Part shown: positions 8,422-16,814 of the stretch, piece after piece | Layout of the letters: every line of letters begins with the position of its first letter | Position numbering within the stretch: the first letter of the stretch is position 1 | Source: an uncultured Alphaproteobacteria bacterium | GTDB taxonomy: Bacteria > Pseudomonadota > Alphaproteobacteria > SHVP01 | DNA length: 36,374 bases | Assembly: GCA_938023835.1 (NCBI GenBank) | Contig: CALJDF010000145.1 | Location: 1 to 36,374, forward strand | Direction: 5' to 3' | The notes under the pieces: model-generated | Databases searched by the model: none | Seen by the model: the letters and a program-made list of their open reading frames with translations, nothing else | Told to the model about the DNA's origin: nothing | Made by a program: the position numbers and the translations under genes

Positions 8422-10140
8422 CTAGCCGACCGCGCGCAGTAGATGACGATCGGCATCGATCGACTGGTATTCGATCAACGCATTAAAGTGGCGTAGCGCC
8501 CAATCACGACCTGGTCCGATGCCGCGGCCGGTCGTTTCGGGAAAGCGTTTGTCCATGAATAGGCGCGTGATCAGCGATTTACGCGCATCACCTTGGGCGA
8601 GATCGTAAACCGCTTCATTCAGCAGTAACGCACCACCCAACGTGTCACTGAGCAAAACCATCAGGCGACGGGCATGACGCTGCGCCTCTGCCGGGTCGCT
8701 CTGTACATAAGCGACCGCATCACGACAATCCTGCAGCGCATTTTCAAGGCGCTGCGCAATATCGGCGAGTGATCTAGGTGCCGCACCAGCAGCCGCCACA
8801 ACCCGCTTGGCCATCTCCTCGAAACCCGGCGCACGGTTTCCGAGCATGCGTAGGACCTCCAGGGCCTGAATGTTTGCCGGCCCCTCCCACACGGTCAGGA
8901 CTTGGGCATCACGCAAAAGGCGTGGTGTGACGTGGTCATAGGTATAGGCGTTGCCACCGATCAGTTCGATGGCGGCACGGGCCAAGACGTTTGCATCATC
9001 GGCCGTCTGGTATTTGGCCAACGCCGTTGTCAGACGAAGCCAGGCCCGCGCCGAAGTCTCATCATCAAGATCGGTAACGTGTGCGGCATCAAACGCCTCG
9101 GCAGCAGCGAACGCCATCGCGGTCCCGGATTCCAGACGCACCAGCATCTCAAGAATCTCATCCTGCATCATCGGATAGCGCAGCACGTTCTGTCCGAATG
9201 CGTCGCGATGACTGAGGTATGAAACGGCCTCAAGAAATGCACGTCTACCAACACCGGCGGCGGCAACGGCGTTGTGGATGCGGCTAAACCCTAATGCCTC
9301 CATCATTAACTTGAACCCCAGGGGCGGAGGCGCAACTTCCAGCGCCCACGCGTCCAGCAAGTCAACCTCGCCGGTCGGCACGCCGATCGTGCCCAACTTG
9401 TCCTTCAGGCGACGAATGCGAAAAGCGTTGGGCGCGTCGTCAACATGGGTCGGGACAAGGTAGAGTCCAAGTCCTTTCGAGCCGCCGGGCGCGCCGGGTG
9501 GCCGTGCGGTCGCCAACGCCACCCCCCCATTTGTATTGCTTACGAACCATTTTAGACCGGTCAGGCGAACGTGATCGCCTTCGGTGCGGGCGACGGTGGT
9601 CGTCGCGCCAACATCGCTACCACCATGTAGTTCGGTGGCCCAAGTACCACCCGTAAGGGCGTGGCCGTCCATACGGACGAGGTCGGCGAGGTACCGATTA
9701 CGAACGGCCGCTGGCGCGAACCGATCCAGCACATAGGCGACCGCTCCGGTCATGGTCACCGGGCAGTGCAGAGACACATCTGCCTGCGACAGCAAATACC
9801 CGATCGCAAACGTGACCGTGTAGGGCGCCGGTTTGTCGCCGTAGTTGAGGCCAATGGCTCCACGTTCGTAGACCTCGGTCGCCACCCGATCCCAAAGCGA
9901 ATTGTGGCGGATATGGTTCGTGAGCTGACCGCTCGAGTCATATGGTTCTAGAACGGGAGGCGCGTGCCGGTGGGTGTGCTCTGCCTGGACATCGACGTCG
10001 TCACCGACCCAGTCGCCGAACGACTCTAACGTCGTGACCCACCGATCGAGATCATGACCGAGAGCCCGCCGCAGAACGCTCTGAAGGTTGGTGTCGAGCC
10101 GGTAAAAGTTCTGCCCGCGAACCGATTGGCGATATGTCAC
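8422..10140 (-). CDS. Acyl-CoA dehydrogenase, AidB-like subfamily
   Basis: HCPVTMT, ATELHGGSDV, RRLKDKLG...PTGEV, SRIHNA, RDAQVLTVWEGPANI. The GTG start overlaps the MerR stop (GTGA). Confidence 0.9.
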   Translation of the reverse strand: MTYRQSVRGQNFYRLDTNLQSVLRRALGHDLDRWVTTLESFGDWVGDDVDVQAEHTHRHAPPVLEPYDSSGQLTNHIRHNSLWDRVATEVYERGAIGLNYGDKPAPYTVTFAIGYLLSQADVSLHCPVTMTGAVAYVLDRFAPAAVRNRYLADLVRMDGHALTGGTWATELHGGSDVGATTTVARTEGDHVRLTGLKWFVSNTNGGVALATARPPGAPGGSKGLGLYLVPTHVDDAPNAFRIRRLKDKLGTIGVPTGEVDLLDAWALEVAPPPLGFKLMMEALGFSRIHNAVAAAGVGRRAFLEAVSYLSHRDAFGQNVLRYPMMQDEILEMLVRLESGTAMAFAAAEAFDAAHVTDLDDETSARAWLRLTTALAKYQTADDANVLARAAIELIGGNAYTYDHVTPRLLRDAQVLTVWEGPANIQALEVLRMLGNRAPGFEEMAKRVVAAAGAAPRSLADIAQRLENALQDCRDAVAYVQSDPAEAQRHARRLMVLLSDTLGGALLLNEAVYDLAQGDARKSLITRLFMDKRFPETTGRGIGPGRDWALRHFNALIEYQSIDADRHLLRAVG

Positions 10141-10538
10141 TCTGCGGCCACCCTCGCGTCGACACCCTTTTCGGCAAGCAGACTTTCAATCTGGCGACAC
10201 CCATCCTGCAGTTCAGTCACTGCCGCATCGACGTCCTCCCGCTGGGATTCGAGCTCTCGGATTCGACGCCTCGCCTTTTCGAGAGTCACTCGAAGCTGCT
10301 CGACCCCGCCGTCGCCGAGCTCGTAGAGATCCAACATCTCCTTGATTTCGGCGAGGCTGAAACCAAGCCGCTTTCCGCGCAGGATAAGAATCAACCGACC
10401 CCGATCCCGGTGGCTGAAAACACGGTTCATCCCAACTCGGGTGGGGTGCAAGAGATCCTTGGATTCGTAGAAGCGAAGCGTCCGAGACGTGACCCGGAAT
10501 TCCTTGGCAAGCCGTTGGATTGTGTATGTTTCTTCCAT
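10137..10538 (-). CDS. liuR: MerR-family transcriptional regulator, LiuR-like
   Basis: TYTIQRLAKEFRVTSRTLRFYE, RLILILRGKRLGFSLAEI. It heads an acyl-CoA catabolic operon and has an upstream LiuR-type palindrome. Confidence 0.85.
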   Translation of the reverse strand: MEETYTIQRLAKEFRVTSRTLRFYESKDLLHPTRVGMNRVFSHRDRGRLILILRGKRLGFSLAEIKEMLDLYELGDGGVEQLRVTLEKARRRIRELESQREDVDAAVTELQDGCRQIESLLAEKGVDARVAAE

Positions 10539-10544
10539 CGCCGA

Positions 10545-10573
10545 AACCTAGGTTCCCTTGACGTAAACGTCAA
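10545..10573 (-). promoter_or_regulatory. Sigma70-type promoter for the liuR operon, probably leaderless
   Basis: Minus strand reads TTGACG (10573-10568), 17 nt, TAGGTT (10550-10545), 6 nt, ATG (10538). No Shine-Dalgarno. Confidence 0.7.
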
Positions 10574-10575
10574 GG
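10556..10575. promoter_or_regulatory. LiuR-type operator palindrome CCTTGACGT-AA-ACGTCAAGG
   Basis: Perfect 9-bp inverted repeat with a 2-bp spacer, 17 nt upstream of the liuR ATG. Matches the TT(G/T)ACGTwwACGT(C/A)AA LiuR box pattern. Confidence 0.85.
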
Positions 10576-10926
10576 TTCTGATGGGATCGAGGATTTCTCA
10601 TGACCGTCAGTTTTTCGAGGTTTCTGCCGTTTTTCGTGCCTTTGCAGTTTTCCCATTGCCTCGCTGGCTCCGGTAACGACTTTGTTTCCTCGGGACCTCG
10701 CTCGGTTCGGCCCAGTGGCAACGAATGAAGCGGGATTTTTTGCCGCACGTGGCAGTGGCCCGGGGTAGGAGGGGATGCGAAGGCGCCCTTGCGCGCCGCA
10801 GCCAATCCGACGAACCGTCAAGAGCTGCTTGCTATCGAATTGACTCTGATATGAAATGTGCTGACGGGCGGGTTTCGTGACATAACCGGGTCGCGAAACG
10901 ACATTTGTACCAAGGCGCTCTCACGC

Positions 10927-12279
10927 ATGCATTCTTTCGTTTTTCGAGCGCTTCGCTTCGTTGCGCTCCTTTTTATCGGGTTCACGCTGTCCTGGGGCGC
11001 GCTGGCGCAGCAAACCACGGTCTCCGACGCCGACCTCGAGGCGGCCTACGACAAGGCGTTTCAAGAGTTATTCCGGGATCCTGGAAATCTCGACAAATCA
11101 TTCCGATTTGCCGAACTTGCGGTGCGGAAGGGCAATTTTGAGGCGGCCATCAGCGCGCTCGAGCGCATGTTGCTGATCAATCCTGATCTGCCTCGTGTGC
11201 GGCTCGAACTTGGCGTCCTCTATTTTCGAATCGGCTCGTTTGCGATTGCGCGGAGCTACCTAACCCGGGTTCTCCAGAGCCCGGACGCTCCACAGGAGGT
11301 TCAAGATCGTGTGCAAGTGTTTTTGGCGGAGATCGACAGTCGCCTAACCCGGAGCAGCCTTAGCGGCTCGGTATTCCTTGGTGCAAGGTTTTCAGACAAT
11401 GCCAACGCCGGTCCAAACAGCCCCAATGTTCTGGCAAACGGCAACGCCGCGACCCTGGACGACGAATTCACCAACAAGTCCGACCGCAACTACTTCGTCT
11501 CGGCCCAGCTGAACCACAGCTACGACCTGCTCACGCAACGGAGCGAGCTAATCGAAAGTTCGGGCACACTCTACGTGTCGGAACAAGATCGCCAAAAACA
11601 GCTTGATATTGTGTTTTTGGAAGCGCAATCGGGGATTCGAGGGCCGTTCCTTCAGGACGCCATCCCCGGTACAACACTAAAGCCCTACGTACTCGGGAAC
11701 ATGGTTTATCTCCAGGACTCTTGGTACCAGTTCAGTGTCGGATTGGGGGCCAACATGGTTCTCCCGCTTACCCAGCGTTTGCGTGCGACGATCAACCTAG
11801 AACGCAAATCTGAACACTTCCGGAATGATTCCAACCGGCTGAACGCATCACAACAAACGGGCGTCGAAAACTCACTGCGCGCCAATGCCACATACGTCCT
11901 TACCGAAACACAGCAAGTCGCGCTTCGTCTTTCTGCCACGAGCCAAGAAGCCAAAGAAACATTCAATGCCTTTCGCGAGTACCAGATCGGCACGAGTTTC
12001 ACACAGTTGGTTTCCTTTGAATCGCTTGATGCCGGCCCGGCGAGCGTCACCGCCAGCATTACCCGCTCGATGAGCCGATACAACTCGCCGAACCCGACGG
12101 TCGATCCGAACCGGAAGCGACAAGACCAGGAATGGAACTGGTCGATCACTGGCGCCGTTCCGGCATCCAAAGACTGGACAATCGTTAGCACCTTCCAGCG
12201 CTCCACCATCGACAGTTCGCTACCGAACTTCGAAAACCACTCTGCGGCAATAACGCTTGGCGCTTCACGCCGATTCTAG
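10927..12279 (+). CDS. TPR plus C-terminal beta-barrel outer-membrane protein, Slam/DUF560-like (type XI secretion translocon)
   Basis: Sec signal ending ALAQQ; TPR-like helices (AAISALERMLLINPDLPRVRLELGVLYFRIG); 'GARFSDNANAGP' barrel-start motif; amphipathic strands; terminal Phe (ITLGASRRF, BAM signal). Confidence 0.78.
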   Translation: MHSFVFRALRFVALLFIGFTLSWGALAQQTTVSDADLEAAYDKAFQELFRDPGNLDKSFRFAELAVRKGNFEAAISALERMLLINPDLPRVRLELGVLYFRIGSFAIARSYLTRVLQSPDAPQEVQDRVQVFLAEIDSRLTRSSLSGSVFLGARFSDNANAGPNSPNVLANGNAATLDDEFTNKSDRNYFVSAQLNHSYDLLTQRSELIESSGTLYVSEQDRQKQLDIVFLEAQSGIRGPFLQDAIPGTTLKPYVLGNMVYLQDSWYQFSVGLGANMVLPLTQRLRATINLERKSEHFRNDSNRLNASQQTGVENSLRANATYVLTETQQVALRLSATSQEAKETFNAFREYQIGTSFTQLVSFESLDAGPASVTASITRSMSRYNSPNPTVDPNRKRQDQEWNWSITGAVPASKDWTIVSTFQRSTIDSSLPNFENHSAAITLGASRRF

Positions 12280-12302
12280 GAAACCTTCAGGAGGCCAATA
12301 CT

Positions 12303-15074
12303 ATGGGCGGCACCACACGAATTGGATTGGCGGCGCTTTCGGTATTCTTCATCGCGCACGCAACGATCGCGCTCGCTCAGTCAAGCAAAGAAATCGGCGT
12401 CGCCGCGGCGGTCAACCCGCAAGCGCAGGGCACGCCGCCGTCATCGAAACCTCGCACCCTCAACGTCGGTGTCAACGTTCAGACCAACGAACGCATCGTC
12501 ACGTCCGAAGGCGGGCAAGCCCAAATGCTTTTCCTCGACGAGAGCGCATTTACGGTGGGCCCCAATTCGGACGTTGTCCTCGACGAGTTCGTTTTCGACC
12601 CTGATACCGGGACCGGGCGGATAGCCTTGACCGCCGCGAAAGGCGTCTTTCGCTTAGTCGGCGGCAAGATCAGCAAACGCACGCCCGTAACGCTAAAGAC
12701 ACCGACCGCCGTCATCGGCATTCGTGGCGGGATCGCGCTGGTGAACGTCGCACCCAACGGTGCGACACAAGCGACCTTCTTGTTCGGCGACCAAATGACC
12801 GTTGGCACGGCCGGCGGCAACCGCGAGGTCTCCAGGCCAGGATTCACCGTTTCTGCCGACGATCCCGACGCCCCGCCCTCTAATCCTACCCCTGCAACGC
12901 CCGCGCAATTGAATGCTGCCCTCGGTGGGCTTGAGGGTAGTGCGCCGCCGCCCGCGGATGGTGGTGATGGTGGCGGGGGCGGACAGGCGGCCGGGGGCGG
13001 CCAGGTACCCACCGACCAAAATGTTGCTGACTCCGGCATCGGTGAGTTGGGCTCGAACAACAATCCGGACGCCCTAGCGGGTGCCCCACCGCCACCGCCC
13101 GGACCGGTTGCCGGTGGTGCCCCCGGCGGAGCCCAAGACACGACCCAAGACGCCCAGCAAAACAACCAGCTTCAGAGCAGCGACAACCTGGGAACCAGCA
13201 TCGCCGGCAATTTCGTTGGGCGGATCACCCACGCCACACGCCTTGCGGGTCCAACCTCTCCCTTTGGTCTTGATTTGGAACAGAGCGGTCTCGATAAGCC
13301 GTTTCAAACCGCGTCGGTTTCGGGCGGCACGTTCACGGCGACCCCTGGATCGTCTAGCACGTTCAGTGCGCCGATCAGTTCAGGAACGACGACCGGAATC
13401 ACTGCCACTACTAACCCATTTGGTAGCGGCACCCTGACGGGCACCAGCGTTCTGTTTTCCGACAACGAGTATATTCTCTATGAACTCACCGACAACGGCG
13501 ACGGGCACAGAGTCCTCGCCTTTGCGGGCATTCCCACGACGACATTCCCGACGACCGGCGCGACATTCTATGCAGCCCGAGACGACTTCATCCTGGGCTC
13601 AAAGGTATTGGGTATTCCCGCCGCAGATGGCGGCAACCTGTCCATATCGCAAAGCGGCCCGGACGCCGCAATCTATTGGGATACTTCGCTCTCGAGCACG
13701 GCACAACGTCCCTTCGCCGCCATTTCGGGCGGCGTGAGCGGGACTGGCTCGTCACAGCAGATTGCGTTCTCCTTCTTCGTTGGCCAGGTTGTGTTCGAGT
13801 CCAACGGCGAGAAGGTCATCGAGGGTGATTTTGGCGGGTTCTCACTTCTGAACGGCGACGGCACCTCGCCACGTTTCTTTGACGGGATCTTTGGATCGGC
13901 TTGTAACTGTGACGATTCAATTTCGACCGAAACGGAGTACGACTTCTACGGCAAGGACGAACCCGATCATTTTATCCTGACTAGCGGTGAGGTAACCCAG
14001 TTCAGTTCGATCTCGCCTTTCGAACGTCGGCGCGGGATCGAAACCGTCCAGACCTATAACCCCGCCATCAATTTCAACAAGACGACCGATACGTTAGGTA
14101 CTCGAAGCGCCCATTTGGCATCTACGACGGGTACCAGCTTCAACCGCCAACTCACGGGCTGGTCGGCCGGCGTCGGTGTGGCGGTAACAAAATCGAGTGG
14201 TGCACTGGCGCCGTTCTCGTTTACGAACCGCCTCGGTGATCCGAACGGCGTCAAGATCCAGACAGACCCCAACACCAACAAAGTTGCGGCAACGTTTGAC
14301 TTGACGAAATCGAGCGGTGGCAGCGATCTCCTCTTCGTGACCCTGGGTGACAAGGACACACGCTTTGGAACGTCCCCCGCAACAAACGGCCACAGCGCAT
14401 TCTTTGACGACAAAGATTTTGCCTCGACGGTCGATTGCACCAGCTCTGCCTGCGAGAGCACCGTAACCTTCAACAGCACCACCGCCTCGGACGGTGTGGT
14501 CGGCATGGCCTCCTTAGAAGATATTCCCGGGCTGAGCGGCACCTACGCCAGTTGCAGTTATTGCTCATGGGGCATCATCGCCGGCGAAATCGAGCCGAGT
14601 TCGCCATCAACACACGAGCGCTTCATGGGCTTTTGGACCACTGGTGCCGTCCAGGACTTCGCGCAAATCCCAACGTCGGGATCAGCCTCTTACGGCGGGC
14701 ATATGGTGGCGTTTGTGGAAAACAATGGAGCTCAATACATCGAGCACGGCGACGCGACCTTTAGCGTCAATTTCGCCGGCGCAACAAGCAATGGAACCTT
14801 GACGGTCACCAATTTCGACGGGGGTGGCTTGACCGGATCGTTTAGCGCCATTGGGTCAAACGCCCCGGGTCATTCGTTCACCGGTTCGGTGACCGGAACC
14901 GGTGCTCTTTCTGGCGTGAGCGGCAGTCACGCGGGTTCGTTCTACACCAATCAGGCCGGGAACGCGGTTGCAGGCGTCGGCGGCAAGGTCTTCGGGTCTG
15001 GAACGGTGGGCGGAAACGCTTATCGATTTGCCGGCGTACACGTGCAAACCTGTTCTACGGGCGCTTGCCAGTAG
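12303..15074 (+). CDS. Exported FecR-domain protein with a Pro/Gly linker and a C-terminal TbpB-like beta-barrel (candidate T11SS cargo)
   Basis: Signal peptide (..ATIALAQ) with no lipobox; FecR-like motifs ERIVT..GQAQMLFLDES.FTVGPNS..TPTAVIGIRG; low-complexity linker; C-terminal IPTSGSASYGG..ATFSVNF..GSFY..AGVGG pattern; RBS AGGAGG. Confidence 0.75.
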   Translation: MGGTTRIGLAALSVFFIAHATIALAQSSKEIGVAAAVNPQAQGTPPSSKPRTLNVGVNVQTNERIVTSEGGQAQMLFLDESAFTVGPNSDVVLDEFVFDPDTGTGRIALTAAKGVFRLVGGKISKRTPVTLKTPTAVIGIRGGIALVNVAPNGATQATFLFGDQMTVGTAGGNREVSRPGFTVSADDPDAPPSNPTPATPAQLNAALGGLEGSAPPPADGGDGGGGGQAAGGGQVPTDQNVADSGIGELGSNNNPDALAGAPPPPPGPVAGGAPGGAQDTTQDAQQNNQLQSSDNLGTSIAGNFVGRITHATRLAGPTSPFGLDLEQSGLDKPFQTASVSGGTFTATPGSSSTFSAPISSGTTTGITATTNPFGSGTLTGTSVLFSDNEYILYELTDNGDGHRVLAFAGIPTTTFPTTGATFYAARDDFILGSKVLGIPAADGGNLSISQSGPDAAIYWDTSLSSTAQRPFAAISGGVSGTGSSQQIAFSFFVGQVVFESNGEKVIEGDFGGFSLLNGDGTSPRFFDGIFGSACNCDDSISTETEYDFYGKDEPDHFILTSGEVTQFSSISPFERRRGIETVQTYNPAINFNKTTDTLGTRSAHLASTTGTSFNRQLTGWSAGVGVAVTKSSGALAPFSFTNRLGDPNGVKIQTDPNTNKVAATFDLTKSSGGSDLLFVTLGDKDTRFGTSPATNGHSAFFDDKDFASTVDCTSSACESTVTFNSTTASDGVVGMASLEDIPGLSGTYASCSYCSWGIIAGEIEPSSPSTHERFMGFWTTGAVQDFAQIPTSGSASYGGHMVAFVENNGAQYIEHGDATFSVNFAGATSNGTLTVTNFDGGGLTGSFSAIGSNAPGHSFTGSVTGTGALSGVSGSHAGSFYTNQAGNAVAGVGGKVFGSGTVGGNAYRFAGVHVQTCSTGACQ

Positions 15075-15110
15075 CTCACTGGTTGCAACCGCTAACTCCC
15101 TGCGAGCGCT

Positions 15111-16070
15111 CTAAACTGATTCGGCACCGTAATAGAGTGTGACTGTGTGAGTCGCCTCAGCGAAAAACAGCCAGCGCTCGACGACAATGCCGAGGTGACC
15201 GGACACGGCAGCAATGACGGCCGCCACAATCGCCGCGCCGCCTCCAGATCCCAATCCGACGATCAGCGCGAGTACCGGCACGCCTAACCCTGCGACGTAC
15301 GACACTCGTCGCAATTTGTCTCCGTGTTTTCGGGCGACGTGATAGCCCATTTCCTTTTGCAAGTAGTTTGGTTCGGTGTGGGGAAGATCGAGAGACCGTA
15401 CACGAGCGCCTTGGTCCATGCCCGTTGCTGACGCGGCCGTCACGGTCGGCAAGGCATTGCGAATACCCCGCCAGTACCGAGCCTTGATGACAAACGCGAC
15501 AATCAACCCGACCAACGCGACAGCAGAAACGAAACCTGCGGTCGCCCCTGTGATTGCTCCGATAGCGCCGAGCAGGAGAGCGCCACTTGCAAAAGACAAT
15601 GACAGATACCCTGTCGACACATCGCGTCGAAACCACTGAGGAATAGGTTTGAGACTGGCGTAGATCATCGACGTCGAGAACACGGTCGCGATGCAAAGGA
15701 GGCCCGTTGCCACCGCAAGAAGGCCTACGATCGGGCCGGGGTTCTGTGCGTCCGTCACGAAGAACAACCAGCCCAAAGCGAAAAGACCGGATGGGCCGTA
15801 CGTCGCGATCGCCAAAACGCCTTCGCGCGACAACCAAGACGACCGCCATTGGGTCAAGGCCTTGAGAAATCGTTCCGGATGACCGAGGTGCAGCAACGAA
15901 GAAAGCAACCCCAAGGTAACCAAGCCGAATGCAATGACGAACGAGGGCCACGTGAACCATGGATCAACGGATAAACGACCGATCAAGGCGAGAACCGACA
16001 TGAGAAAAAGCATGCCGTAGCCGGTCCCCGATGAAACCGTGAAGAAGATGACGGAATAAGCCGGATGCAC
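15111..16070 (-). CDS. soeC: DmsC/NrfD-like membrane anchor of the sulfite:quinone oxidoreductase
   Basis: HPAYSVIFFT, SLLHLGHPERF, SSWLSREG, ERWLFFAEA; multiple TM helices; GTG start. Confidence 0.9.
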   Translation of the reverse strand: MHPAYSVIFFTVSSGTGYGMLFLMSVLALIGRLSVDPWFTWPSFVIAFGLVTLGLLSSLLHLGHPERFLKALTQWRSSWLSREGVLAIATYGPSGLFALGWLFFVTDAQNPGPIVGLLAVATGLLCIATVFSTSMIYASLKPIPQWFRRDVSTGYLSLSFASGALLLGAIGAITGATAGFVSAVALVGLIVAFVIKARYWRGIRNALPTVTAASATGMDQGARVRSLDLPHTEPNYLQKEMGYHVARKHGDKLRRVSYVAGLGVPVLALIVGLGSGGGAAIVAAVIAAVSGHLGIVVERWLFFAEATHTVTLYYGAESV

Positions 16071-16088
16071 GTTGCGTCCCGAAACTAC

Positions 16089-16814
16089 TTAGGAGAGGAG
16101 ACGATCAACCCACTGGAGGAACTTGCCCTCCACCGAGTCGGCCGTTGCGTTGAGGGGGCTTTGTTGCGACCGATAAGTTCGCGGCGGCAGGTACCGATTG
16201 ACGGGCGCATAGTCTAACTCAGGCATCAAAGGCCGCCCGCCCCGATCAGCGACCAAACGACTGACATCGGACTCCGGGTCGGCTAGGTCACCGAAATGCC
16301 GGGCACTCACCGGGCACGTCGAAACGCACGCCGGCACACGCTGCGCCTCCTCCAGATTCTGATTGTAGATTCGGTCAATGCACAGGGTGCATTTCTTCAT
16401 CACACCTTCGTTCGCATCGTACTCCCGCGCCCCGTAGGGACATGCCCAAGAGCACAACTTGCACCCGATGCATTTGTCCTCGTCGACAAGAACAATGCCG
16501 TCTTCTTCGCGTTTATACGATGCGCCCGTGGGGCAAACCGTAACGCAAAGGGCGTTGTCACAGTGGAGACACGACCTCGGAAAGTGTACCGTTCTTCCCT
16601 TACCGTGGGTGTCCGCTTCAAAGCTATGAACCCGGTTGAACCAGACGCCGTCGGGTTCCGCGCCGTAAGGATCTGTATCGGTCAGCGGCGCCGCAAATCC
16701 GCCACTGTTCCATTCCTTACAATTGACGGCACAGGCGTGACACCCGACGCAGGTATCCAAATCGATCACGAGACCCAACTTGCGGGCCGGCGCTTTGCTC
16801 GGAAGGTCGGTCAT
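16089..16814 (-). CDS. soeB: 4Fe-4S iron-sulfur subunit of the sulfite dehydrogenase
   Basis: IDLDTCVGCHAC, CLHCDNALCVTVCP, CIGCKLCSWACP, KCTLC..PACVSTCP. Its ATG overlaps the soeA stop (ATGA). Confidence 0.92.
   Translation of the reverse strand: MTDLPSKAPARKLGLVIDLDTCVGCHACAVNCKEWNSGGFAAPLTDTDPYGAEPDGVWFNRVHSFEADTHGKGRTVHFPRSCLHCDNALCVTVCPTGASYKREEDGIVLVDEDKCIGCKLCSWACPYGAREYDANEGVMKKCTLCIDRIYNQNLEEAQRVPACVSTCPVSARHFGDLADPESDVSRLVADRGGRPLMPELDYAPVNRYLPPRTYRSQQSPLNATADSVEGKFLQWVDRLLS

Noticed and set aside
10548-10821. Short ORFs in the liuR/Slam intergenic region
   Set aside because: No RBS or recognisable motif, and they run through the operator.
10826-10862. Possible iron-regulator box upstream of the Slam-like gene
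   Set aside because: No convincing match to Fur, Irr (ICE) or RirA (IRO) dyads.
12479-13165. 228-aa antisense Gly/Pro-rich ORF
   Set aside because: It is the shadow of the low-complexity linker of the FecR protein.
15157-15960. 267-aa Arg-rich ORF overlapping soeC, and similar long shadow ORFs (5036-5770, 24071-24775, 33589-34350)
   Set aside because: Off-frame or antisense ORFs typical of high-GC DNA, with no motifs, lying within or largely over confident genes.
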